Shown: positions 47,181 through 57,351, numbered from the stretch's first letter. The stretch: DNA of 64,000 nt from Treponemataceae bacterium (GCA_963678065.2 CAXXVZ010000004.1:256001-320000), one strand, 5' to 3'. Notes: generated by a model from the sequence alone, not told the origin. A program made the numbers and translations.

Positions 47181-48587
47181 TCAATGCGAGAGCTGGCCTT
47201 CTTTCAGGGCCGCGCCGAGGATTTTCTTCATGAGAGCCTCGAGCCTGAAGACCTCCCGCGTCTTCGCGCGCCCGAGAGCGAACCGATCTCTCCTTGCGCG
47301 CAGTTCGCCTGCGAGCTTCCTGAAGTCGAGCAAGCGGTAATCCACGCACTCTCCTTTCACCTTCCTCACGTAGAGGTAGACAGGAAGGATCTCGAGCGAG
47401 CTCACGCGGACGCATTCGGCGCCAGAGACTCCGGCGCTGCTGGCATTGCCGGCACTGGCGGCGCCGTCCGCACTGCCGGTTTTGTCTGCGCCGCCCGTCC
47501 TTCCCTTCGATATCCGTATGCGGGCGAGGCCTGAGAGGCGGGAATTGGGAAGGGTTCTGTGGATCGAGAGGAGGTCGCCGAGGGCGTAGAGGATGAGGCC
47601 CTCTTTCCGCACCCCCGTCGCCTTGTCCGTGTAGCCGTACTTTTCGACGGGCTGCACATTGTGCGGATGATTGCCGACGATGACGTCGATGCCGAGTTCG
47701 ATGAGCCTGTGGCCCATGTCGACCCCGTTCCGGACCGGATAGGACTCGAATTCGAGGCCCCAGTGAAGAAGGGCGACGACGGCGTCGGCCCCAGCCGCCC
47801 TCGCCTTTCTCACTTGCTTAGCTATCGGCGAGATGTCGGTGTCGGGCCTGTTGAGCCGCAAGTAGTTGGCCAGGTACTCCTTGCCCTCGGGCAGCTTGCT
47901 CCAGTTGACGGCGAAGGTGAAGGAGAGGAAGGCGATCTTGACGCCTCCTTTCTCCACCATCACGACGGCGTCCCTCTCCTCGGGGCTCCTGGCCGTCCCG
48001 ACGTGAGGGTATCCCCTGGCGTCGAGGAAGTCGAGGGTCTCGCGCAAGCCCGCCTCGCCCTGGTCCAGACAATGGTTGTTGGCGGTGGAGAAGAAGTCGA
48101 TTCCCTTTCCTCCGTCCGTGATCCTGTCGAACATCTCCGGGCTGTTGTTGAGGGCGCCGGCCACGAGGATACTCTTCGGGATGTAGCTCGGCGGCAGGGA
48201 TGGGGCGACGGGTGTCTCGAGGTTGGCGCAGGCGAGGTCGCCCGTGAAGTAGAAATCCCGGAGCTCGTCCCAGAGCGCGCCCGTCGTGTCGGGGCGCAGG
48301 CCCGAATGGGCGAGGATGTCGCCGCCCGCGCACAGGGTCATGCCCGCCGTCTCGACGAAGCCATCGCGGGGGCCAAAGTCGAGGTCCTGGCCCGCGAAGA
48401 ATTCCTCGAGGCCGGAGCCTGGCTCGGCCTTCTCGATGGGGCCGCAGTAGTACTTGTAGCCCCACCAGTACTTCTCGTCGAGACCCATGTGGGCGGCGTT
48501 TCCCTCGAGGGCGCGGGACGCGGCGAATTCCTTCCTGTGCCTGAGTCCGTAGAGCCAGCAGGATATCTTCACCTTCGTGTCGGCCAT
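47181..48587 (-). CDS. CapA/PgsA-family metallophosphatase-fold protein (no signal peptide)
   Basis: AGGDIL, ANLETP, STANNHCLDQG, LHWGLEF, IVGNHPH, YALGD; AAGGAGG RBS before ATG at 48587. Confidence 0.88.
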   Translation of the reverse strand: MADTKVKISCWLYGLRHRKEFAASRALEGNAAHMGLDEKYWWGYKYYCGPIEKAEPGSGLEEFFAGQDLDFGPRDGFVETAGMTLCAGGDILAHSGLRPDTTGALWDELRDFYFTGDLACANLETPVAPSLPPSYIPKSILVAGALNNSPEMFDRITDGGKGIDFFSTANNHCLDQGEAGLRETLDFLDARGYPHVGTARSPEERDAVVMVEKGGVKIAFLSFTFAVNWSKLPEGKEYLANYLRLNRPDTDISPIAKQVRKARAAGADAVVALLHWGLEFESYPVRNGVDMGHRLIELGIDVIVGNHPHNVQPVEKYGYTDKATGVRKEGLILYALGDLLSIHRTLPNSRLSGLARIRISKGRTGGADKTGSADGAASAGNASSAGVSGAECVRVSSLEILPVYLYVRKVKGECVDYRLLDFRKLAGELRARRDRFALGRAKTREVFRLEALMKKILGAALKEGQLSH

Positions 48588-48616
48588 CTCGCCTCCTTCG
48601 CCTCGCCGTCGGCTTG

Positions 48617-49336
48617 TCAGGCCTTCTTTTCCTTGGGCACCACCTTGATCTGGCCCTTCTTGTACAGGAACCTCGCCCCGAAGATGGTGATGGGGATGAG
48701 GATTAGTATGATCACCCCCTCCCAGCCTTTGATGGGGAACAGAAGGTAATGCACGATGGCGACGACGGCGAGCGGCAGGATCATGGCCTTCCACTGCCCC
48801 TGTATCTCGACCGTGCCAGCTTCGCCGCCCGCCATGAAAGCGACGATGAGGGCGCCGAACAGGGCCGGCAGCACGTTGCCGGTGGCTATCCTCACGCCGG
48901 GATTGGCGAACACGGGCGCGAGCGGCGTTAGGAGGAGGGCCGCGACGATGATGACAGCCGTCGTCACGATGGACGATATGGCCACCGATATGGTCGACAG
49001 CACTTCGCCTTCCTCGCTCGCCGGCAGGACGCCGGCGTTTTTGAGGGCGTTCATGGCGCAGGGCAGCTTGATGTTGGAGACGTTCCCTGCCTCGAAGGTC
49101 AGGTACGAAGCCCCGGAACCGAGCATGGGCACGAAGCTCACGATCTCGGAGATGGCGATCGGCGTGAGGATGAGAAAGAGTCCCATCGTCGCCTTGAGCA
49201 CGGTGGCCAAGGTCGGGAAGATGTCGTAGACCGCGCAGACGATGGTCGGTATGGCGAAAAGCATGAAGAAGAATATGGTGAAACTGATCCGCCCTACCCG
49301 GTTGATCCTGTTGAAATACTGTACTCTTGTTTCCAT
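48617..49336 (-). CDS. Integral membrane protein (probable partner of DUF5058)
   Basis: About 6 TM helices; SFVPMLGSGASYL..GNVSNIKLPCA..EGEVLSTISVA motif; co-transcribed with DUF5058. Confidence 0.75.
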   Translation of the reverse strand: METRVQYFNRINRVGRISFTIFFFMLFAIPTIVCAVYDIFPTLATVLKATMGLFLILTPIAISEIVSFVPMLGSGASYLTFEAGNVSNIKLPCAMNALKNAGVLPASEEGEVLSTISVAISSIVTTAVIIVAALLLTPLAPVFANPGVRIATGNVLPALFGALIVAFMAGGEAGTVEIQGQWKAMILPLAVVAIVHYLLFPIKGWEGVIILILIPITIFGARFLYKKGQIKVVPKEKKA

Positions 49337-49345
49337 GGCGTCCTC

Positions 49346-50062
49346 CTACTTCACCAGCCCTGTCCAGAGCACGGCGGAGCACATGCTCAGGATGAGGCTG
49401 AAGGCCAGGATGAAATTACCCATCCACGCGATTTTGTACTTCTTGGCGATGAAGGCCTGGAAAAGAGTCAGCACGATGCTCGTGATGAAGGTGGCGACAG
49501 CCACGAGGCCCTGCCCGAAGAAAGGCACGACGAAGACGGCGATGACGGCGAAATAGAGCACGGCGATGGCCACCGTGCCGAAGTCGCCGGCCTTGGCCTT
49601 CATCTTGACCGCGAGCGAATCCACCTTCTTGACGAAAATGATGTCCAGGATCATCGCGCCCGCCAGGCCTCCCGTCATGGCGTACATGATGGCGCCCAGC
49701 GGCTCGGGGCCGGCCTTGGCCGCGTCGGCGAGCTTGGCGAAGCCGAGGGCGCTCGAGGCCATGTTGGCCGCCATGAGCTCGTAGCTCACGCTGCCTATGA
49801 CCGAAAGCCTGAGCCAGGGCCAGGGTATGCCGAGGCTCGGCGCCAGGGCGGCGAGACCCAGGGCCACCGCGATGGACGGGGCTATGGTGAACACCGCCGA
49901 CGACTTGATCGTGCCGGATATCACCTTCTTCTCGATGCCCAGTTCCCTCGCCCGCTTCAGCGACATTCTGAGGAAGAGGATGCACTGCAGGATGACATAG
50001 GCGATGCCTATCCCGACGAGCACGAAGAGCAGGCCACCGTTGGCCACATCGAAGAATTTCAC
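49346..50062 (-). CDS. DUF5058-family membrane protein
   Basis: RARELGI..SSAVFTIAPS..LGIPWPWLRLSVIGSVSYELMAA motif. Confidence 0.82.
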   Translation of the reverse strand: MKFFDVANGGLLFVLVGIGIAYVILQCILFLRMSLKRARELGIEKKVISGTIKSSAVFTIAPSIAVALGLAALAPSLGIPWPWLRLSVIGSVSYELMAANMASSALGFAKLADAAKAGPEPLGAIMYAMTGGLAGAMILDIIFVKKVDSLAVKMKAKAGDFGTVAIAVLYFAVIAVFVVPFFGQGLVAVATFITSIVLTLFQAFIAKKYKIAWMGNFILAFSLILSMCSAVLWTGLVK

Positions 50063-50087
50063 TGTTCGCCTCCTTATATCGATACTG

Positions 50088-51539
50088 TTAGGGATTGCCG
50101 CTGTGCATCGATCTGAGCACGTCGTCGGGGTGAATCGCTTCGGGAATGGGACAGGAGTAGCCGGCTACCTTGGAGGCGAGTTCCTCCGCTGCCCGGCGCG
50201 ATATGTCGGGATCGAGAAAGGCTTTTGCCGCCGCCAGGCCGAGGATGCGCCCCGCCGCCAGCATGCCTTTGTGCCCGATGGGCGAACCCGCCTGCGCGGA
50301 GTTCTGCCAGGAGTGGGCCTGCGTGCCCAGAGCGGCCGTCGCACAGACGACCTGGCCCGTCGGGACTATCTGGCTCACGTCGCCCACATCGGTGGAGCCG
50401 GGCATGCAGATGTCGCCCCTGAAGAGGGGGCCGATCACAGTGTCGAGGGGATCCTGCCCGATGGCCCTGAGGACGGCATCGCCCTGGGTGAACTTGATCT
50501 GGCCCATGATGGTCGCTATCTCTGTCTGGGTCAGGGTGGCGCGGAACTTTCCGGCCAGCTCGTTGTCGGCCGCGTCGAAGGCCGGTCCGCCTGATTCTTC
50601 CATGCATTTCTGCAGGAGCTCTCCCAGGACAAGGTTGGGAACGTAGTCGGACAGCCCCTGGGAAAAGGCGATCTCCAGCTTCGTGCCGGTCATGAGGGCG
50701 GCGCCGCGGGCCACGTCGCAGAGCCGCTCGTAGAGCTCCCTGGCCAGGGCAACGCGGGGGGCGCGGCAGAAGTAGAACACCTCTGCCTTGGCCTGCACCA
50801 CGTTGGGCGCGCGGCCGCCGGGGTTCGTTATGGCGTAGTGGAGGCGGGCTTCGGGCGCGATGTGCTCGCGGAGGTAGTTGGCCCCGACGTTCGTGAGCTC
50901 CACGGCGTCCAGGGCGCTGCGCCCGAGGTGGGGAGCGGCCGCCGCGTGGGAAGCTTTGCCCTCGAACCTGAAGTAGACTGAAAGGTTGGCCAAGGTTCTG
51001 GCCTGCCACACGGCGTTGATGTCGCTCGGGTGCCAGCACAGGGCGATGTCCGTGCCGCTGAAGACGCCGGCGCGGGCCATGAAGGTTTTCCCGCAGCCGA
51101 ATTCCTCGCCGGGGCAGCCGTAATAACGGATAGTGCCGGGGACTCCTTTCGCTTTCAAAAAGTCTTTGGCCACGACGGCGGCGGCCAGAGCCCCGACGCC
51201 AAGGAGGTTGTGTCCGCAGCCGTGGCCGGCGCCCTCCGGCACGAACTCCCGCTTCTCAGGGAGGGATGCGACCTGGGAGAGGCCCGGCAGGGCGTCGTAC
51301 TCGCCGAGAATGGCCACGACCTCGCCGCCCGAACCGTAGCTCGCCTCGAAGGCCGTCTCCATGCCTGCCACGCCGCGCCTGACCGAGAAGCCTTCCACCT
51401 CGAGGGCGGCGGCCAAAGCCGCAGCCGAGCGCTTCTCCTCGAAGCCCGTCTCGGCGAAACCCCATATTTCGTCGCTCAAGCCTTCGAACTTCGTTCTGTT
51501 CCTCTCGACGCTCCCGAACACGATCTCGCTTTCGTTCAT
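50088..51539 (-). CDS. M20 amidohydrolase, p-aminobenzoyl-glutamate hydrolase subunit B (AbgB)-like
   Basis: LGEYDALPGLSQ, GHGCGHNLLG, GCPGEE, WHP, ASHAAAAPHLGRSALDAVEL, GSTDVGDVS, HSWQ. Confidence 0.9.
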   Translation of the reverse strand: MNESEIVFGSVERNRTKFEGLSDEIWGFAETGFEEKRSAAALAAALEVEGFSVRRGVAGMETAFEASYGSGGEVVAILGEYDALPGLSQVASLPEKREFVPEGAGHGCGHNLLGVGALAAAVVAKDFLKAKGVPGTIRYYGCPGEEFGCGKTFMARAGVFSGTDIALCWHPSDINAVWQARTLANLSVYFRFEGKASHAAAAPHLGRSALDAVELTNVGANYLREHIAPEARLHYAITNPGGRAPNVVQAKAEVFYFCRAPRVALARELYERLCDVARGAALMTGTKLEIAFSQGLSDYVPNLVLGELLQKCMEESGGPAFDAADNELAGKFRATLTQTEIATIMGQIKFTQGDAVLRAIGQDPLDTVIGPLFRGDICMPGSTDVGDVSQIVPTGQVVCATAALGTQAHSWQNSAQAGSPIGHKGMLAAGRILGLAAAKAFLDPDISRRAAEELASKVAGYSCPIPEAIHPDDVLRSMHSGNP

Positions 51540-51626
51540 TCGGCGTGCCTCCCGCGCTGTCCGCGCGGCCCCGAGATTGACAGCGGCGAGCAGGAGGTGG
51601 ATACTCTGCTCGTGCACCGTTGCAGG

Positions 51627-51710
51627 AATTTCAACGAGTGTCCAAATTATAAGCCAACTATACGTCTGCAAAACTGAGCTGTCAAGAAAATTCCAACAAG
51701 CGTCGAAATT
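51627..51710. promoter_or_regulatory. Two TetR-type operators flanking a sigma70 promoter for the amidohydrolase operon
   Basis: AATTTCAACGAGTGTCCAAATT (51627-51648) and AATTCCAACAAGCGTCGAAATT (51689-51710) are 18/22 identical imperfect palindromes. Minus-strand TTGACA-17-TATAGT (51685-51657) lies between them. Confidence 0.7.
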
Positions 51711-51744
51711 GCTGCTGCGTGAGTTATCGGAACAGAGGTGAAGG

Positions 51745-52431
51745 ATGTCATACAAGAAGAGCGGCGAGACCCGCGACCGTATTCTGAAGGCCGCGGCCAG
51801 GATCTTCGCCGAGCGCGGCTACTACGAGACGAGCATAGGCGATATCGCCAGAGAGGCCGGGATAGGCAGGGCCTCGTTCTACTACTATTTCGACGACAAG
51901 GAGAAGACCGCCCGGGCACTCTTCGATTCCTACGTCGACAGGATCAACGCCGCCGCCGACGCCGCAGTCCCGGTCAATGCGTCCGGGGACTCGTCTGAGG
52001 ACGCTCCCCTCGACGACCCGGGGCGGCTCATGCTCAGCGCCTTCGTGAAGTATATCCTCATGTTCAAATACATCGCCCTCAACAAGGCCACGCACGCTGT
52101 GTACTACGATCTCGTCAACTTCGCCGACTACGACGAGGCCAACATCGAGCGACTGAAACGCACCGTCTTCAAGGACACGGTGCGCCTGGCGGCGGCCTAC
52201 GGCGCCAGGCTGTCGGAGGCTGACCTCGTCGCCTTCATCGTGACGAGCAATTCCCTGGCCAAGGCTCTTTTCAAAGCCACAGTGAACGGCATCCTCGATT
52301 ACAGCCTCGAGGAGGCAATGGACAGCTTCTGCAGGCGCGCCATCCTGCCGGACATCCACATGCCCGAGACGGAGTACCGCGCCATCATGGCCGAAGCCTT
52401 CAGGATCTGCGGCCGGATAGCCCTGGATTGA
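51745..52431 (+). CDS. TetR/AcrR-family regulator
   Basis: TRDRILKAAARIFAERGY..IAREAGIGRASFYYYFDDKE. Confidence 0.95.
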   Translation: MSYKKSGETRDRILKAAARIFAERGYYETSIGDIAREAGIGRASFYYYFDDKEKTARALFDSYVDRINAAADAAVPVNASGDSSEDAPLDDPGRLMLSAFVKYILMFKYIALNKATHAVYYDLVNFADYDEANIERLKRTVFKDTVRLAAAYGARLSEADLVAFIVTSNSLAKALFKATVNGILDYSLEEAMDSFCRRAILPDIHMPETEYRAIMAEAFRICGRIALD

Positions 52432-52564
52432 GAGCGCCCCCGCCTTGTTTTATGTACTCCCATCTGGAGATGATGGCGCCACACTAGGTTTTGCGGGATA
52501 ATTGGTAGATTGACGGTTGAACTGTCATCCGGTCCGGGATCGCCTCTGCATGTGGAGGAAACCA

Positions 52565-53842
52565 ATGTACGATACATTCCTCACGAAGATAGCGTGTCGA
52601 TACGATCGATCCAAAGTATCCGATATCGAAGCGGGCATACTTGCGGAATTCAAGAGAAACGAAGGACTCTTCTCCAACCTGCCTGAAGGCGCCCGCATCG
52701 CCGTCGCGGTCGGAAGCCGCGGAATTGCGAATCTGTCCCTTATCGTCCGAACGGTCGTACGGGAATTGAAAAGGATGGGTGCCAGGCCGTTCATCATGCC
52801 GGCGATGGGGAGCCATGGGGGAGCGACAGCCGAAGGTCAGGCCGCCATCCTGCGCGAGTACGGAATCGACGAGGATGCGATGGCGGCGCCGATAGTCTCG
52901 TCGATGGAGACTGTCGAACTGCCTCCGACGGAGGGCGGCACGAGGGTTTTCATGTCGAAGGACGCGTTCTTGTCCGACGGAGTCTTCCTTGTCAACCGGA
53001 TAAAGGTGCACACGGACTTCCACGGAGAGTACGAAAGCGGCCTGGTGAAGATGTCGGTCATCGGCCTCGGGAAGCATGCGCAGGCGCTTGAGATACACGG
53101 AGCCGGAGTCAGAGGATTGCGGGAATTGATCGTCCCTGTCGCGCGCACGGTGATCGGGTCCGGGAAAATACTCTGCGGCCTCGGCATCGTCGAAAACGCG
53201 TACGACGAAACTGCGGTCCTGCGGATCATCCCGGCCAAGGACATGCTGGCAGAAGAAAAGAACCTGCTCGTCCTTTCCAGGGCACGCATGCCGCGGATCC
53301 CGACCGATCCTCTCGATGTCCTCATCGTCGACGAGATGGGGAAAGACATAAGCGGTGTCGGCATGGATCCGAATATAATCGGGAGAATACGGGTCAGGGG
53401 ACAGGATGAACCGGCCGGGCCGAGGATATCGTCGATCGTGGTCTGCGACCTCACGGCGGGATCGCAGGGAAACGCGCTGGGAATAGGCCTTGCGGACCTG
53501 ACGACGCGGGCCTTGTCCGAGAAAATCAATTATCCGGCGACCATGGAGAACGCGGTCACAAGCACATTCCTCGATCGTGCGAAGATTCCCCTTGTAGCCG
53601 AGAATCCGCGCCGCGCGGTGGAGATCGCGCTCAGGGCCGCTTCTATTCCCGAAAAAACTCCCGCGAGAATAATGCGTATAAAAAACACCCTGAAGATCCA
53701 CGAATTGTACGTTTCGCAGGCGCTTCTGGGAGAACTCGGATCCAGAATGGATATCGAGATCATGAATATCCGGATTCCCCTGTTCGACGGCGATGAACTC
53801 TTCCCCTGTTTTGAAAAGGAAACGGCATGCACAGAGCCGTAG
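52565..53842 (+). CDS. Lactate racemase (LarA)-like domain protein
   Basis: IAVAVGSRGIAN, PAMGSHGGAT, NRIKVHTDF, ESGLVKM, GKDISGVGMD; GGAGG RBS. Confidence 0.75.
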   Translation: MYDTFLTKIACRYDRSKVSDIEAGILAEFKRNEGLFSNLPEGARIAVAVGSRGIANLSLIVRTVVRELKRMGARPFIMPAMGSHGGATAEGQAAILREYGIDEDAMAAPIVSSMETVELPPTEGGTRVFMSKDAFLSDGVFLVNRIKVHTDFHGEYESGLVKMSVIGLGKHAQALEIHGAGVRGLRELIVPVARTVIGSGKILCGLGIVENAYDETAVLRIIPAKDMLAEEKNLLVLSRARMPRIPTDPLDVLIVDEMGKDISGVGMDPNIIGRIRVRGQDEPAGPRISSIVVCDLTAGSQGNALGIGLADLTTRALSEKINYPATMENAVTSTFLDRAKIPLVAENPRRAVEIALRAASIPEKTPARIMRIKNTLKIHELYVSQALLGELGSRMDIEIMNIRIPLFDGDELFPCFEKETACTEP

Positions 53843-55086
53843 TCATCGCGGACGACCTCACGGGCGCGCTCGATGCCGGCGTCCGCTTCGCGGATACAGG
53901 AACCAGGGTTCGCGTTCTTTCCAGTTTTGCCTCGGATCAAACGATTTACGAAGCCCTGGACGATCCCGGCACACAGGTCCTGGTCGTGAACACCCGTTCC
54001 CGGCATGACTCCCCCGGGACGGCCGGAAGTCGCGTCCGCGCCCTCGCTTCGGCGATACGCGCTTTCCAGACAAGGAATGACGAAAAAATCCTCGTCTACA
54101 AGAAATGCGATTCAACCCTCCGGGGGAACATCGGAGCCGAACTCGAGGCTCTGGCATCGGTCTTTCCGGAATCGGGGATGGCCTTCATACCGGCCTTCCC
54201 GGAGCTCGGCCGCACGACGAAGAACGGGATACACTTCGTGCGCGGCGTGCCGGTCGCACTCACATCGTTCGGGGCCGATGAGCTGAATCCCGTCCTTTCC
54301 AGTTCGATCCCGGAAATAATCGGAAGCCAATCGGAAATCCCCGTTCACGTCTCCTCGGTGAGCGCATTCTGCTCAAAACCGGTTTCTGCGCTTGAATCCG
54401 GAGGGATCATCGCGATAGACGCGACTTCAGACGCGGATTTCGAGCGCATCGCCGATGCGCTGTCGGAAACGGAGACCGCCGCGGGATTCCCACTCCTCGC
54501 AGGCAGCGCCGGCTTCGCCTCGCGGTTGCCAGGCCTGTGCGGGATGCCAAGGAGCGCCCGGCCCGGATGCCCGCTCTCCGGTCCCTTCCTCGTCATGATC
54601 GGCTCGAGAAACGAGGTTTCGAGGGCCCAGGCCGATCTCGCCATCGAGAGCGGCTTTGAAGAGGTTGTATTGCCGGCGCGCACAGAAATCGGAGTATCTC
54701 TGCCTGAGGAAACCGAGGCGATCGAACGGACGGCGACTATCGTAGTCGCGGGGAAGGACTGCGTCGTCCGGACGCAGGATCCGGGAATCCCCGCCGCCGT
54801 GCGGCTATCCATGGCCGAGCTCGTCGCCGCGGTCTTCAGGAGGACGGGGCGTTTCTCGCTCGTCGTGTCCGGCGGCGACACGCTCGAAGCGGTTCTGGAC
54901 ATCCTGGACATTCCGGGAACCGCGCATATCGAACCGAAACGCGAACTCGCACCCGGCATAGTCTTCGCCGAAGCCGAAACCCGGGCCGGAATGCTGCCGA
55001 TCATCACCAAGGCCGGCGGTTTCGGCGCAAGGGATCTATTGCTCCATCTGAAGAACCTGGAGGAGAAACGGACATGCTCTGTGTAA
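53827..55086 (+). CDS. Four-carbon acid sugar kinase (DUF1537; DtnK/DenK family)
   Basis: IADDLTGALD, YKKCDSTLRGNIGAE, PAFPELGRTT, SGGDT, TKAGGFG. Confidence 0.92.
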   Translation: MHRAVVIADDLTGALDAGVRFADTGTRVRVLSSFASDQTIYEALDDPGTQVLVVNTRSRHDSPGTAGSRVRALASAIRAFQTRNDEKILVYKKCDSTLRGNIGAELEALASVFPESGMAFIPAFPELGRTTKNGIHFVRGVPVALTSFGADELNPVLSSSIPEIIGSQSEIPVHVSSVSAFCSKPVSALESGGIIAIDATSDADFERIADALSETETAAGFPLLAGSAGFASRLPGLCGMPRSARPGCPLSGPFLVMIGSRNEVSRAQADLAIESGFEEVVLPARTEIGVSLPEETEAIERTATIVVAGKDCVVRTQDPGIPAAVRLSMAELVAAVFRRTGRFSLVVSGGDTLEAVLDILDIPGTAHIEPKRELAPGIVFAEAETRAGMLPIITKAGGFGARDLLLHLKNLEEKRTCSV

Positions 55087-56075
55087 CGATGGGCGATTCC
55101 AGCGGTGTCGGCCCCGAGATACTGCTCGCCGCGGCGGCGAAAGGCGAACTGTCCGGCGAGTTCGTCGTCGTAGGCGATCTTTCCGTATTGAGCGCCTGCG
55201 CGCACGCGCTTCGCCTCGATCTGAAAATGAGACCGATCGGGGATCCGGCCGAGTACCTGCCGGGATTCCTGAATATCATAGATCTGCGGCTCCTCGGAAA
55301 GGAAGAAATCACTCCCGGGGCCCTGTCGAAGCGCTCGGGCCTGGCCGCGCTTCGGTACGTGGAGATGGCGACGCGCCTCGCGATCGGGCGTAAAGTGGAT
55401 GCCCTTGTCACCTTGCCGATGAACAAGGAAGCCACACGACTGAGCCATCCGTCGTTTTCCGGCCATACTGAATTCATTGCAGAACTCTGCGGTGAAAGCA
55501 GTTTTACGATGATGCTGGCCTCGGATCGCCTGTGCGTGACGCATGTCAGCACACACGTATCGATGACACAGGCGATCGCGCTCGTCCGCAGGAGACGTAT
55601 CGAATCAGTCATCGGGCTCACCCATGAGGCGCTATCCCGATTCATACTCCGACCCAGGATCGCGGTCGCCGGTTTGAATCCGCACGCCGGGGAGAACGGT
55701 TCGTTCGGAAGGGAAGAACTCGATGAGATCAGGCCGGCAGTAGAGGCCGCCAGATCGATGGGATGGGATGTGACGGGGCCGGAGCCTCCGGATACGGTTT
55801 TCTTCCGCGCGACGCGTGGCGCTTTCGACGCAGTCGTCTGCATGTACCACGATCAAGGCCACATTCCGATGAAACTCCTCGATTTCGAAGGCGGCGTGAA
55901 CATCACGTTGGGATTGAAGGTGATCCGCACTTCCGTCGATCACGGCACGGCCTTCGACATAGCGTGGAAGGGGAAAGCGTCCACCGCCAGTTTCGTCGCG
56001 GCCTTCGAGTACGCGAAGAAACTTGCCGGGCCATCTTTCGGCATCCGTCCTTGCGCTGCGGCGCCCTTGAGATAA
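55074..56075 (+). CDS. pdxA: PdxA-family dehydrogenase (likely PdxA2, D-threonate/erythronate 4-phosphate dehydrogenase)
   Basis: MGDSSGVGPE, GHTEF, GLNPHAGE, MYHDQGHIP, RTSVDHGTAFDIA; immediately follows the DUF1537 kinase. Confidence 0.92.
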   Translation: MLCVTMGDSSGVGPEILLAAAAKGELSGEFVVVGDLSVLSACAHALRLDLKMRPIGDPAEYLPGFLNIIDLRLLGKEEITPGALSKRSGLAALRYVEMATRLAIGRKVDALVTLPMNKEATRLSHPSFSGHTEFIAELCGESSFTMMLASDRLCVTHVSTHVSMTQAIALVRRRRIESVIGLTHEALSRFILRPRIAVAGLNPHAGENGSFGREELDEIRPAVEAARSMGWDVTGPEPPDTVFFRATRGAFDAVVCMYHDQGHIPMKLLDFEGGVNITLGLKVIRTSVDHGTAFDIAWKGKASTASFVAAFEYAKKLAGPSFGIRPCAAAPLR

Positions 56076-56086
56076 GGGGAAAACCT

Positions 56087-57133
56087 ATGGAAATGACTGA
56101 ACTTGGCAAGACTGGTCTCGCAGTGTCCCGTACGGGCTTCGGGGCGATCCCGATCCAGAGGCTCACGGAAGCGGAGTCGACGAGGCTCCTCAGGGCGGCT
56201 CTCGATGCGGGGGTGACGCTGTACGATACCGCGCGGGGCTACACGGACAGCGAAGAGAAGATCGGGAAAGCGTTCAGGCATGAGCGGGACCGGATCGTCA
56301 TAGCCACGAAGACACCGTCGACGGAGCCGGAAAAGATTATGGCAGACCTGGAGACGAGCCTTCGGAACCTTCATACCGATCAAGTCGACATCTACCAGTT
56401 TCACAACCCTAAATCGCTCGATCTCGTGACCGGACCCGCCTACGAGACAGTCCTTCGCGCCAAAGAGCAGGGAAAAATCCGTTTCATCGGCATCACGAAC
56501 CATTCGCTCGACGTGGCGGGCGCGGCCGCCGAACTCGGTCTCTTCGACACTGTCCAGTATCCCTTCAACTATCTCTCGACCGAGCGGGAGAGGGCGTTCG
56601 TGGAACGTTGCGCGACACTCAATGTGGGTTTTCTCGCCATGAAGGGAATGTCGGGCGGTCTCATCACGGACGCGCGCGCCTCCTTCGCCTTCCTCAGGCG
56701 CTTTCCCGGCGTCATTCCGCTCTGGGGTATGCAGAGACAGGAGGAGCTCGCCCAATTCGCCCTGCTCGAGCGCAATCCGCCCGCCTTCGACGATCCTGAG
56801 ATCCTCGCGGCGATCGGGCGGGATCGCCTTGAATTGACAGGCTCGTTCTGCAGGGGTTGCGGCTATTGCCTGCCCTGTCCCGCGAATATCGCAATCCCCA
56901 CCGCCGCGCGCATATCGCTCCTCCTCAGGCGCATGCCGGTGGCTCGCTTCATGACTGACGAATTCCGTGCGGAAATGGCGCGCGTAAAGGACTGCATCGA
57001 GTGCCGCGCGTGCGCGTCGCGCTGTCCCTACGGTTTGGAGCTTCCCGCTCTCCTCAAACGGCAACACGGGATTTTCGAGGAATTCTGGAATGAGAAGCAT
57101 TCCGCAAAGGATATGGAAGTTTTGTCCTCGTGA
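56087..57133 (+). CDS. Aldo/keto reductase with C-terminal 4Fe-4S dicluster
   Basis: LGKTGLAVS..GAIPIQR, DTARGY..SEEKIG, IATKT; CRGCGYCLPCP and CIECRACASRCP. Confidence 0.92.
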   Translation: MEMTELGKTGLAVSRTGFGAIPIQRLTEAESTRLLRAALDAGVTLYDTARGYTDSEEKIGKAFRHERDRIVIATKTPSTEPEKIMADLETSLRNLHTDQVDIYQFHNPKSLDLVTGPAYETVLRAKEQGKIRFIGITNHSLDVAGAAAELGLFDTVQYPFNYLSTERERAFVERCATLNVGFLAMKGMSGGLITDARASFAFLRRFPGVIPLWGMQRQEELAQFALLERNPPAFDDPEILAAIGRDRLELTGSFCRGCGYCLPCPANIAIPTAARISLLLRRMPVARFMTDEFRAEMARVKDCIECRACASRCPYGLELPALLKRQHGIFEEFWNEKHSAKDMEVLSS

Positions 57134-57240
57134 TCGGCAAGGGTATGGAAAGCGGAAATATCCGGATGTCGGGATCTCCGATATTCCGGATGAGGAAGGG
57201 CATTGGTATGCGCGAGGGATCGAAGCGGAAAGACCGGACG

Positions 57241-57279
57241 AGGGAAAGGGGCTGCCCTTTTTGGACAGCCCCTTTCCCT
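57241..57279. terminator. Probable bidirectional terminator
   Basis: AGGGAAAGGGGCTG..CAGCCCCTTTCCCT 14-bp stem between the convergent AKR and fucI genes. Confidence 0.7.
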
Positions 57280-57351
57280 TGGAGGACTTGGAGCGGAGAG
57301 CCCGGCCGCGATCCCGCCAGAGGCGGAATCGCGACGCGCCCATTCTGCTAT

